Positions 1 through 64,000 of a stretch of 64,000 bases of DNA are shown piece by piece. Under the pieces are notes generated by a model. The model was not told the origin of the DNA. It searched no databases and saw only the letters and a list, made by a program, of their open reading frames with translations. Location of the stretch: assembly GCF_009914755.1 (NCBI RefSeq), contig NC_060943.1, one strand, 5' to 3'. A program made the translations under genes and the position numbers. The stretch comes from the human T2T-CHM13v2.0 reference genome, Homo sapiens. Every line of letters starts with the position of its first letter. The first letter of the stretch is position 1.

Positions 1-1165
1 AGGCGCCACCCACCCACCCACTAGCCCCAGCTCAGCCTCGAATTTCTTTTTGGCGGGTCCAGCCAGGAGGCTGCCAACGGGTGGGTGCAGGGCAGGAATG
101 GAAGGCGGCTCTACTGGCAGCTGGGGACCAGGCACCCAAGGCTGGGCGGAGGTCAGTCTTGAGGCCAGTGTCCCCCCACCCACCCCAAGGTCTCCTCCCT
201 CCAGAAAGCTCGGCCTGGACCCCTCCTAATGTCCCTGTCCAGGGAGTCCTCTTTTGCCACTTCCCTCCCCTACCAGGCTGGGGGCGGGGGTCGCTTGCTG
301 TCCTGCCCTGGCAACCAGAGACGGGGTCTGGTTTCAAATGAATAGGCCTGGGTGTGGCTTGGGGAAACCCAGTCTTATCTTTTCCCTGGGAGATAAGCCC
401 AGGCCAGGCTCAGAGGTCAAAGGGCATGCATCCCCATCCAGCGCCCCTTGACCTCACAGCCCTGTGCCACCGAGGGACCTCTGCACCGGTCATGCCCACT
501 GCCAGGGTGCCTGTCCCCCTAGAACCTAGCCTGGCAGCTCCTTTTTGTTGTTCGGGTGGGCACAGCTCAATGGTGACATCTGGGAGGCTCCGGCCAGCCC
601 TGCTGCCACCCACCCACCTCCCTCCCTAAATGGTGCGGCCGCCTCTCATCGCGGCTGGGTGCTTGGCCCCAGGACCCTGCCACAGCAGGACTCTGCCTTG
701 GAGGAGGGTTTGCGGGGCGGCAGGAGCAGCACCTGGGGTTAACGCTGACCCTGCAGGGCCCCTCCGGCTTTGCTGAGCTGAGGCCTGAGTTTTTCCTGCC
801 CTGGCCCCCACTTCCTCCAGGCCACTAGGGGTTCTCATTTTGAATCTTGGTGCCCCTCATGATAGCGGCATGACTTCTCTGTGCCTCAGTTTCCCCCGAT
901 GCCAACCAGGGCTGCTCAGTGGCCTCTAGGGGCCAGGGTGAAGCATGGGGACAGGGCTGTGCTGCCTCTGGCCTGCAGGAGCAGGTTGTGGCTGTGTGAG
1001 GGGCGGGGTGGGGGTCTGCACACCTGCTGCTCGTCACAGACCCTGGTCTCCAGGAACAGCCCTGGATGCCAGTGCCCCAGGACTCTCCCTGAGCGTCAGC
1101 TCCCACACGCCCCCAGCAAAGTGACCAGAGCACATCATCAGGTGGAACACCCTGGAGTTGAGATA

Positions 1166-1171
1166 TTTATT
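1166..1171 (-). terminator. COPE polyadenylation signal AATAAA
   Basis: tttatt on the + strand, ~130 nt past the COPE stop codon in an otherwise GC-rich 3' UTR. Confidence 0.85.
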
Positions 1172-1302
1172 AACAGATGGGGGTGCTGGGGGTGGGCTCC
1201 TGCCCCCAGAGGGGATGCAGGTGGATGCCGGGTGGGGAGGGCTGCAGGGCTGGCTCCTGGCCTCTGTCCTGGCTTCATGGTCCTGACAGCTCTGGGCCAG
1301 CC

Positions 1303-21106
<19,804 letters not shown>

Positions 21107-21499
21107 TTCGCTGTCTTCTCACCAGCTCCTCTTCCTGAAAGACACGTCAGCCGGAAGCAAGACACGGGCACGCTAGGAAATGTAGTTTACTTTTTCCGAG
21201 CGGCGGCGAAGTAAGCCAATGGGAAGCTCCACAATAATATGCAAGGGGGCGGAAGGCGTAAGTGCGTCACGGAGAGCATCTCGGGAATTGTAGTGTGTTT
21301 CTGCAAGCCAATGGGATCCGGGGAAACATGATAAGGATGCGGTCGAGGCTGGGAATAGGCTGAGGGAGCTGGAGAGGGTGGGACCACGCAGGAGGCAGAT
21401 CCAATAAACAGGAAGATTTTTCTCGTGACGTCGTCGGCGCGCGCCGGAAGCGCGGATCACACGGGCCCCTACAAGGGGCCCCTACAAGCGGCCACAAGG

Positions 21500-30104
<8,605 letters not shown>

Positions 30105-30392
30105 GCCCCACACGGCCATCTGCCCAGTCCTTGACTCGTCCATGGAGCTGAGGGTCGGAGGAACCTTCCTTGGGGGCAGCAGCCCTTCCCGGGGGCCTAC
30201 CCAGTGCCCCACAGCAGAACCCGTGGGCGCTCGTGTTGTGCGGGCCCTGCTCCTCTGCCCCGAAACCACTGGCTGGCCCCTTCCCTGAGCCCTGGCCAAG
30301 ATTCAGGCTGCAGGGGAAGAAAGAACATGACCGGGAGGTTGTGACCCCAACCCAAGGTCACCCCCCAGGGGTGCCGCATACAGGAGGTGCTT

Positions 30393-30398
30393 AATAAA
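30393..30398 (+). terminator. DDX49 polyadenylation signal AATAAA
   Basis: aataaa ~290 nt after the stop codon, followed by T-rich sequence. Confidence 0.85.
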
Positions 30399-31230
30399 CG
30401 GGTCTTTTGACTTCCTCAGTCTGACTTTCGAAGAGCAGGGGGACAGGAGAGGTGGGGTGCAGCCGCTGGTGTTTCTCAGGTGTCTGCCCAGAACACCATG
30501 TCCATTTCCACCAGGCAGGCCCAAAGTTTTGCAGACACCAGCTGCTCGAATGGCCATGGGATTTTGGGCCCTGAAGCCCCTTCTCTGGGCTTCCAGTTTC
30601 CTCATCTGGAGAATGGGCATAGCAACTGCCTTGCTCTCCAGAGGCAGCTGTGAGGCTTTGGTGAGGTCAGTCCTGTGCCGAATGGGTGCAGCTATAAGCT
30701 TCCCTGGCCACCCACCTGGCCACATCTGGGGTTTGTGGCCAGAGTGAAGGGGCCATGAAAGTCCAAATTTGGCCAGACAATGTGGGCTAAGCCCAAGGGG
30801 ACAGGCAGAGAGACACCAGAGCCAGCTTCCTGGCTGTGTGGCCTGGACCCCCCTCGGACTCCAAGCCTCACCCCTCATCTGCAAGCAGCTTATAACTGCT
30901 ACATGGATTCAGGGGCACCCAAAAAGACGCAGGGAAAGGCGCCGGCGACATGTTAAGTGCCCAGATACCCACATACCACACACACACAGCCACGCTTAGA
31001 AATGTAATCGGGGGATCTAGAAATTCTACACAATGAGAAGCTCAAAAACAGCCCCAAAGCTGCCAACAACCAGAGCCGACTGGGGCCCACCCCAGCCCAG
31101 CCCGGCCCGGCCCACCCAGGGCTAAGTTGGGACCCCCCAGTCCCTTTCCAGGACGAATGGGCCCAACTATGCCGCCTGCAGCCTGGCCCGCATCCCAGGC
31201 CGGAATCGTTCATAGAAAACCAGCCCCGGC

Positions 31231-40782
<9,552 letters not shown>

Positions 40783-42099
40783 TGGTCAGGCTGGGATGGG
40801 CAGGCTCTAGGGGGCAGCCAGAGAGGTGGCAGGAGCACTGGTTTGGCCCCTAGGGAGAGAGGAGGGACTATGAGTGTCCCTCAGGCCAGGCTGAGGGAGG
40901 CCAAGCAGGTTCCATCTCAGGACCCATCACCAGGTGTGCCCGTCATGGAACTTTCAATCAAAAAGGCAGGAGAGGCCCAAAGTACACCTGGTGCTTTGGG
41001 AGGCTGAGTCAGGAGGATCCTTTGAGCCCAGGAGTTCGAGACCATCCTGAGCAACATGGCGAGACCCCATCTCTACCAAAAATTTAAACAATTAGCTGGG
41101 TGTGGTGGCATGTGCCTGCCGTCCCAGCTACTGGGGAGGCTGAGGTGGGAGGATCACTTGAGCCCAGGAGGTCAAGGCTGCAGTGCAGTGAGCTATGGTC
41201 AGGCCACTGCACTCCAGCCTGGACAAGAGAGTGAGACCCTGTCTCAAAAAAGAAAGAAATTATAAAAAGAAACAAAAAGGTAAGATAATTATTATAGATA
41301 ACTCAGAGCAAGCAGACCCCATCTTTCTTTGTCTAGGGGAAGCCCCCACAACACCCTGTACAGGAGATGGCCCTCTGAGAGGAGCCTGGTGGCCGCTGAC
41401 ATCCAGATGTAAATTTCTCATTGTCCTGGTTATTGCACCCCCGTGAAGTCCCCTCCATCCCAGGCTGAGCTGTGGAGGCCAAATCTCTGCTGAGTTCTTT
41501 CCACCACATTCACCCATGACTGGCCAGAGCGGGGCTCTCCACCAAAAAATGGGGCGTTGAGAGGTGTGTAGTACCAGGAGACCAGTTCCCCACTACACCC
41601 TGCAGAGGGACCCCACCCCCAGCAGCTCCCACCCTAGGGCAGAAGCACACCTTGAAGTCCAGAGTCCAAATCCCCAGGGAGCCCCCAGCCAAGTTAAAAA
41701 GACAAGATGTAGACAAACAGCCAATCCCAATGCCCACCATGAGGGCAGAGCAGAATCCACACTGGGAGACCAGGGCTCCCCAACCTCCCCATTGGGCCAT
41801 TCAGCAACCCCGAATCTGCAGGGGACCAAGGAGGAGTTTGGAGGAGGGGGAAGACAGGTGGGGGAGGGGAGGCCCTGGCCCAGCGGCCTCTGTGGTCAAA
41901 GGGGGGATGCCCCCCCTATCCTGTCCTGGGCAGCTGCTGTCCTGGTCACAGGGTCTGAAACCGGAGCCCCTGAGTGGGGGTGGGGCGGCAGCTCTGGCCT
42001 GGACTGGGGGCGGGTCCTGCGCCGGGTGGGAGTTGGGGAACACAGGGGTCCCCGGAACCCAGGCCCTTCCGGTCCGGCAGCTCCTGCTGCGACTTGCAG

Positions 42100-43200
42100 C
42101 GTTTGGGGAAAGTTACTCACCAACTAGTCATGCGCCTCGGATGCCGCCGGCCACGGGGCTCCCGGAGGGGGGTCCGACACCGCCCGGTGCCCGGGATCCC
42201 CAATCTGGCCGGTGGATGAGGCCCCATCCCATGCACCCGAGTGCGGGGGACGGGGGGGTTAATATTAATTCAGGATCCCATCCCCACCCGAGGCAGGACA
42301 CCCAGTGCACGCCCCAACTCCGGGACGCGGGCTCTGACCCTGGAACTTCCGAGATTCCCGCGACGCCCCCTGTCTCTGGGTCCAGAACTTCGGGGGACAC
42401 CTCTTCTGCCTCCTCCAACCCCAGGTCGGTAACTCCGGGGACTCCCTTCGTGACTCCTCCTCTAACTGGGTCCGGGACCCCGGTCCTCCGCGTTGTCCTA
42501 GACTCCTAAACTTCGAGGACCCCCTGCCACCCCTCCAGTCCCTGGGTCCGGGACGTCCGGACCCCTCCCACCCCAGTACCCCACCCCAGGTCCGCAGCTT
42601 TGGGGACCTCTTCGCAGCCTCCTCCAACGCCGGGTCCAGAACTTTGGGAACCTCCCACGCAGTCCCCTCTCAGACCCTGAATCCAGAACTTCGGGACCCC
42701 CGCGCTCCCTCCAGCCCTGGAACTTGGGGACCCCTCGCGCCGCTCCCAGTCCCGGGTCCGAAACTTCTGGGGAACCCCCACGCCCTCCCCTTGGCCCTGG
42801 GACTTCGAGGCCCCCGCGCTCCCAGCGCAGGCTCGGCAGGCCGGGCTCACCCTGCCAGGTCGGCGCCCCGCGAGTGTCCAGGCGCGAGTCGGGTGCGGCC
42901 CCCGCGGCGCTGACTCCGCGCTGCCGGGCGCCCCGCTCGCTCCCTGGCTCCCGGGCCCGCGCCCTCCGCGCCGCCCTCCACGCCGCCCGTGCCTTTGTCT
43001 GCGCCGCCGCCGCCCGCGCCGCCTCCGGTCCCATCGCGGCCGGTCCCGACGCGGCCGCCGCCCGCCCCGCCTCCCCGGGCCGCCAAGGCCGCCCCGCTGC
43101 GCCCCCTGCCGGCTTTTTGCACTGGGAGAGGGTAGGGGGGAGGGGATAAGGGGGAGGGGCGGGGGCCGGGACTGGGGAAGGGACGGAGGATTGAGGGAGG
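42100..43200 (-). promoter_or_regulatory. HOMER3: HOMER3 CpG island/promoter with non-coding first exon(s)
   Basis: Very CpG-rich. Consensus donors on the minus strand after 42851 (CAGG|gtgagc) and after 42121 (TTG|gtgagtaa); both can splice to the exon 2 acceptor at 40849 (ccctag|GGG). GC boxes at ~43155-43210. Confidence 0.75.
42335..42820 (+). repeat. Cryptic degenerate ~42-bp tandem repeat (core GAACTTCGGGGACCCC) in the HOMER3 CpG island
   Basis: About 12 core variants at ~35-46 bp spacing (e.g. 42384, 42508, 42638, 42684, 42719, 42761, 42800). Confidence 0.65.
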
Positions 43201-44058
43201 GGGTTAGGGGCGGTGGAGGGGGAGTGGGGGGGGGGGGTTGCGTGGGGTCGGGTTGGGAGCAGAGGGTGGGGACAGAGAGACAGACGGAGAGGGACATCTG
43301 GGATGAGAAAGAGACCCAGAAACAGAGACACGGGGGAGACAGGCGGAGAGATAGGAAGCAGATGGAGAGAGTTGCACGGACAGCGATGTGACCTCACCCT
43401 CCTGTCACCTTCTCAGGAGACAGCTGCCTCTGTCCCCACTACCTGAGGTCATAACTTTGGGCCTGTGAGGGAGGTCAGGTCCCTCCCGGGCTGACATGGG
43501 TGGCCCAGTGAGGTTGGGGAGGGGGCAGTGGGTCTCAGGGTCTGCATACAGTAAGTGCTCAATGGGTGTTGCCAGGAAACGGAAGAGATCAACTTCGGGA
43601 GGGAACGGGAAGCAAGACAAAGAGAGAGAAGCCTCTGTTCCCCTGCCCGTCCCATCCCTAAGCAGGGACGTCTGTCCACCTCTGTCCCTCCCAAGACGAT
43701 GGTAAAAATGCCCACAATGGTTGGATTAAGGTTATCTTTGCTGTTGTTTGAGGGTTCCAAAATCCAAAGGCTGAGGAAATGTCTCCAACGCATGGTTGCA
43801 TCCCCTCAGCCTCCACTGGCCTGCGTTTGTCACCTCTGGTCACAGGGAGCACCCCCTTCCCACACTTGCCAGGAGAGCATCCTTCCGGAGTTGAACTAGG
43901 ATCCACCTCCCCAGCCCCAAGCCCATGTGTCCCACTTGTCAATCCTGGTGCCGCCCCCTCTCTGGCACCGTCTCCAAAATCACACGGTGCGGCGCCGTTG
44001 GTTCGTTTGTGGACAGAGGTCCTGCAGCTCCCTGGAACCAAGGCCTGTGGCGCCCTAA

Positions 44059-44547
<489 letters not shown>

Positions 44548-44814
44548 TGAATTCCAGGTCAGGTTGTTTTTGGAGATTGACTCCTGCGCCAAGATCTGAG
44601 TCTTCCCCCATCCAGGCCTTTGCCCAAACTGTTCCTTCCACCTGGAATGCCCTCGCTGCAGGCATCTCTTCTGCCTTGTCCTTCCAGGCTCAGCGCCACC
44701 ACCCTGTCTCCTCCTCCAGGAAGCCTCTCTGACTACCCTGGCCTTGGAAGGGATCTTGCCCTCCCCTGTCCCAATCCCTGTGACTCTTTTTTTTTTCTTT
44801 TTTAAAGTTTATTT

Positions 44815-45964
44815 TTAGAGACGAGGTCTCACTATGTTGCCCAGGCTGGTCTCAAACTCCTAAGCTCAAGTGATCCTCCCACCTCGGCCTCCCAAAGTGC
44901 TGGGATGACAGGTGTGAGCCCAGACCCTTTCTGTGACTCTTATGTTACCTGTTTATTACATGACCAGGTCTGGGTGCTCCTCTAGGGCTGGCCCATCCAT
45001 CCTGAAGCCCCAGTCTGACCCAGCACAAGAGCGACTGTTCATCCCACAGGGGAAACTGAGGCACAGACTCGGTTTCCCTGGCTGCTTCTAACTTCACGAG
45101 GCATCTGCACAAGGGAAGGATTTGGCTCTGTTCTCAGGCCGGAAGCCACGAAATGCTTGAACATTGTGGGGAGCAAAGAAAATACCGTCTGTTCTGTGCA
45201 AAAAATGACTTTTCCTTATTACCAACAAAATAATGGAAAAAATAAAAAAGTATCTGGGAAAGGTGCTGGCATGGCCAAGGCTTCTGGAAGCTGCTTAGAG
45301 TTTGCCAAGTGCACAAGTGGGGCCCTGTGGCTATTTTACAGGGGCGGCTGGGCGAGGGGCCCAGGCAGACTTTGCCCTTTGTGTGGGCAGAAAGCAACAG
45401 TGAAAGAGACAGTGAAGGGTTGAGTTGCTTTCCTGAACACCCTCTCCGGTCTCTGGGAGGGGCTGGGACAGGGCTGGCCTTGAGCAGCCCCAACCTGAAG
45501 CTGGACTAGCCAAGTCTACACTGAGGCACTGGCTTCCTCAGTGTGGGCCTCAGTTTTCTCACCTGGAAAATGGGCCGATGCTTGCAGGGCTTCTAGTAGA
45601 GGGAGAAACATGAAGGATTTAGTCAATATCAGCAGCTGTCCTCTGGGGTGCCTGCCATTAGGTTCGTGGGCAAAGGCCCTGCCACTCTTTGCTGCAGCTG
45701 GGAAAACAGAGCCTGTGTCTCAGTTTCCCTGCTGGGATGAATAGTCACTCTTATGCTGGGTCAGACTGAGGCTTCAGGATGGATGGGCCAGCCCTAGAGG
45801 AGCACCTAGACCTGGTCATATAATAAACAGGTAACATAAGAGTCACAGAAAGGGGCTGGGCTCATGCCTGTCATCCCAGCACTTTGAGAGGCCGAGGCTG
45901 GAGGATCGCTTGAGCTCAGGAGTTCGAGACCAGCCTGGGCAACATAGTGAGACCTCGTCTCTAA
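44815..45964. repeat. ~265-bp inverted duplication (arms 44815-45078 and 45700-45964)
   Basis: Each arm has an Alu-monomer piece plus ~150 bp of non-Alu sequence; ~92% identity by manual alignment of the non-Alu part. Confidence 0.9.
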
Positions 45965-46044
45965 CGAGGGCTGCCCTGAGCTGCTGCCCCCACCCCAGTC
46001 TGGGCCCTCTTCTTCCTAGGTCTGGAGGCCTCTCTTCTAAAGAA

Positions 46045-55200
<9,156 letters not shown>

Positions 55201-55949
55201 CAACAAAGAAACAAATCCCAAAGTCAATGGGGACCAGAGTCTGGGGAAGGGTGTCAGTACACCCACATCTTGGGGTCCCCCCTAACACCTTGGGGTCCCT
55301 CAGGCTTTGGCATCTATCCTGGGACCCAGGAGGGATATAGCTGCTGGTGGCTGGGCCAAGCCCTTGGTGGTAACCCCACTGTTCTGGGGGGTACCATCCA
55401 GGGAGGTCATGACCAGTAGCTGAGGGGTTCCTGCAGGGCCCTTCCAGGTGGTAGGTGCTCAGGAGTTGGCTGTTAACAGGTCAGGAGAGTGAGAAACAGA
55501 AAGAAACATAGACATACAGACTTGGAGAGCAGTTGCTTGGGGGCTGGCCTCTCGCTTCTAGATGAGACCCTCTCCTGGGGGGCCACTCAGAGTCCATCTG
55601 GGACACCACAGCCATGCCCACATGCAAAACAGACATTGTGTAACTGGCCAGTGACCTCCAACTCACATCTGCCAGAGCCCTCCACCTTCTAGCAGTCACA
55701 GGGCCCAGGGTGGGTGTTGAGCAGCATCTGGACCTGGCTCGAAGGCAGCTGTCTGGAGTCCTGTGGGAGGAGGGGCTGGCCCTTGAAAAGGCACCTGGGG
55801 AGACCAGGTTGGATACAGGGATGCAAGGCACAGGCGCACTAGGGCCACTACCAGTGTGACAGTCTACACTGGGCTCTTCGAAGGGTAGGCGGGGTGCTTA
55901 GAGAGTGTTGGGGCTCAAGCTACACCTTTCCACTTCCTCACATGTTCAT

Positions 55950-57165
55950 GCACCCACTCAATGCCTATCCATCCATCCACCCACCCATCCACCCACCCAT
56001 CCACTCATTCGCCCATCCATCCATCCATCCATCCATCCATCCATCCATCCACCCACCCATCTGCCTGTCCGTCCATCCATCCATCCATCCATCCATCCAC
56101 CCACCCACCCAGCCATCCATCCATCCATACACCTATCCATCTTCCCATCCATCCAACCATCTATCCGTCCACCCATTCTTCCATTCATCCATCCATCCAT
56201 CCATCCACCCACCCATCCATCCATCCATACACCTATTCATCTGCCCATCCATCCACTCATCCACCCACCCATCCATCCATCCATACACCCATCCATCTTC
56301 CCATCCATCCAACCATCCATCCATCCACCCATTTACCCATCCATCCACATATCCACCTACCCATCCATCCATTCACCTATCCATCTTCCCATCCATCCAA
56401 CCATCCATCCACCCACCCATCCACCCATCCACCCATCCATCCATCCACCCACCCATCCATCCATCCATACACCTATCCATCTGCCCATCCATCCACCCAT
56501 CCACCCACCCATCCAGCCATCCATACACCCATCCACCTTCCCAACCATCCATCCATCCATCCACCCATCCACCCATCCATCCATCCACCCATCCACCCAT
56601 CCATCCATCCACCCGCCCATCCATCCATGCATACACCCATCCATCTCCCCAACCATCCAACCATCCAATCATCTATCCATCCACCCATTCATCCATCCAT
56701 CCATCCATCCATCCATCCATTCATCCATCCATCCACCCACCCATCCATCCATCCATACACCTATCCATCTGCCCATCCATCCACCCATCCACCCACCCAT
56801 CCATCCATCCATCCACCCATCCACCCATCCATCCATCTATCCATCCATCCATTCACCCAGCCATCTTCCCATCCATCCAACTATCCATTCATCCATTTAC
56901 TATCCATTTATCTATCTATACACCCATCCATCCAACCATCCAACCGTGTGTACACTCATCTTCCCATATATTCATCCATTCATCGATCCATTATTTATCC
57001 ATCCATCTGCCCATCCATCTGCCCAGTCACCCATCCAGTCATTTATCTTCCATCCCCCATCCATCCCCATCCATCCCACCATTCACCAATCCCCCATTCC
57101 TATCCCATCCATCCATGCTTCCATCCATCCACCCTCATATGCAGGCATCATCCATGATCCACCCA
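55950..57165 (+). repeat. ~1.2-kb degenerate (CCAT/CCAC)n simple-repeat tract
   Basis: Read directly; it generates the His/Pro/Ser-rich pseudo-ORFs in the track. Confidence 0.97.
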
Positions 57166-57829
57166 ACTCTACTTCCACTTCTCATACTTCTACTCATTCT
57201 TCAAGCCCCAACTCCATGTGCCTTCCTCCTTGCAGCCCTTGGTGTGGCCCAGACCCTCCCTGTCCCTTCCTCTCACCCAGGCCCAACCCATGGAGCGAAG
57301 AGTGAATGCACCTGGCTCAGCTTTCAGACTGGAGGCTGCTCGAGAGCAAGGCCTGAGGCCGAGGTTTCTTGGGGGCCCAGCAGCACCAGTGTGAGGGGGC
57401 GCCGAGGAGAAGACCAGCAATTTCTGCCTGTGGGCCATTGAGGCATCAGGCCTCCAGGTCAGGGGGGATACCACCCCACCCACCAATAATAAAGCCCCTG
57501 TGATTTAAGCCCAATAAAAAGGCCCGGGGAAGGAATTCAGGCTTGGCCTGAGGCCACTCTGGGGTCAGCAAGAGCTCCAGCGACAGATATATCTGGGTTT
57601 GTGCTCCACTTTGTCACATGTGCACTGTGTGACACTGAAGAGGTCAGTTTACCTCTCTGAGCCTCAGTTTTCCCATTTGGAAATCAATCTGTCTCATGTT
57701 AATTGCACATTTACAAGGAGTTGAGGCCCACATCAGGCCCCATCAGCTGGGATGTATCAGCTCCACTCCAGGGGAGGGGCCAGGAGGAGCTGGGGTGAGG
57801 AGAACAGGAAGGGAGGTTGAGAAGGTGGA

Positions 57830-63368
<5,539 letters not shown>

Positions 63369-64000
63369 TAGGAGTGGATCAATCGAGTCACAGAGGGGGC
63401 TCGACCCCCACTCACTGTAGAGAGGGGAAAGCTGAGGTTCAGAGGTGAAACGATACTCCCGGGGTCACACGGCAAGGACATGTAGGGGCAGGTTTTGGGA
63501 CGAGGCTATTCCTGCATCCACGGTATAGAAAGAAGGCGGGGCGCAAAGGTCAGCCGGTGCTAGGGACCAGACAGCGGCCCATAGGGAGGAGTGGACTTGG
63601 GTCCAGGATGCGCCTGATGGGGCGGGGCTATCTTTATTGGGTGGGCAGTGCAGGACCAGGCTGCCCCATCAGGTGGAAGCGGGGCGAAGTGCACCTGTGC
63701 AGAGGGTTTGGGGGCGTGGCTAGAGGCTGAGATGCGCCGGGTGGGCTGGGGCTGGGGCTGGGGCTGGGCGGAGCGGGCGGCTCAGCACTGCAGCGGAAGA
63801 GCTTTCTTGCTACACGCAGTTGAGGCTAAGCTACCAGCAGGATGAAAGGATCCTGCTGTGGGTGATCGTGCACAAATAAGGCTGCGAGGTCACGTCGTCC
63901 ATGCACTGAGAGAAACGAGAGGACCCCCGGCCTCAGCTCCTAGTCCAGCAAATGGAGGCACCATCCTTGACTCCTGTCTGTGCCTGTCTGCGCCTCAGCA

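Noticed and set aside
42335-42820. Regularly spaced repeat cores superficially like a CRISPR array
   Set aside because: Human DNA, highly degenerate cores, GC-rich related inter-core sequence and no cas genes; it is a minisatellite.
41564-43397. Unspliced 187-299 aa ORFs over the HOMER3 CpG island
   Set aside because: Stop-codon depletion in very GC-rich DNA, with no recognisable domains. Only the spliced ORF from the ATG at 43034 is kept, as a hypothesis.
55894-57441. Long ORFs of 515, 466 and 398 aa
   Set aside because: They are translations of the stop-poor (CCAT)n repeat, open in all three frames, with low-complexity H/P/S/I content.

Overview
Human (or very closely related great-ape) genomic DNA, recognisable as the GC- and Alu-rich chr19p13.11 COPE-DDX49-HOMER3 locus. 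I rebuilt three complete multi-exon CDSs by hand, all with GT-AG junctions and consistent phases. COPE (minus strand, 10 exons, 308 aa) and DDX49 (plus strand, 13 exons, 483 aa) sit head-to-head on a ~0.4 kb bidirectional CpG-island promoter. HOMER3 (minus strand, 9 coding exons, 361 aa) is tail-to-tail with DDX49. The last ~21 kb has no credible protein-coding gene; it holds dense Alus, a 1.2 kb (CCAT)n tract and a 7SL retrocopy. Main observations beyond standard annotation: (1) a 70-nt, 65/70-identical inverted copy of HOMER3 coding exon 7 lies in intron 5, so the pre-mRNA could form an exon:intron duplex with A:C mismatches (candidate ADAR editing-complementary or splicing element; would give N207S); (2) a ~265-bp inverted duplication upstream of HOMER3; (3) a strong-Kozak upstream AUG opening a spliced 151-aa ORF that overlaps the weak-Kozak HOMER3 start out of frame; (4) a hairpin-containing in-frame 69-nt COPE cassette exon; (5) an Alu>LTR>Alu nested insertion; (6) a possible decayed calmodulin-like EF-hand fragment. 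Nearly all long ORFs in the supplied track are Alu or simple-repeat artefacts.
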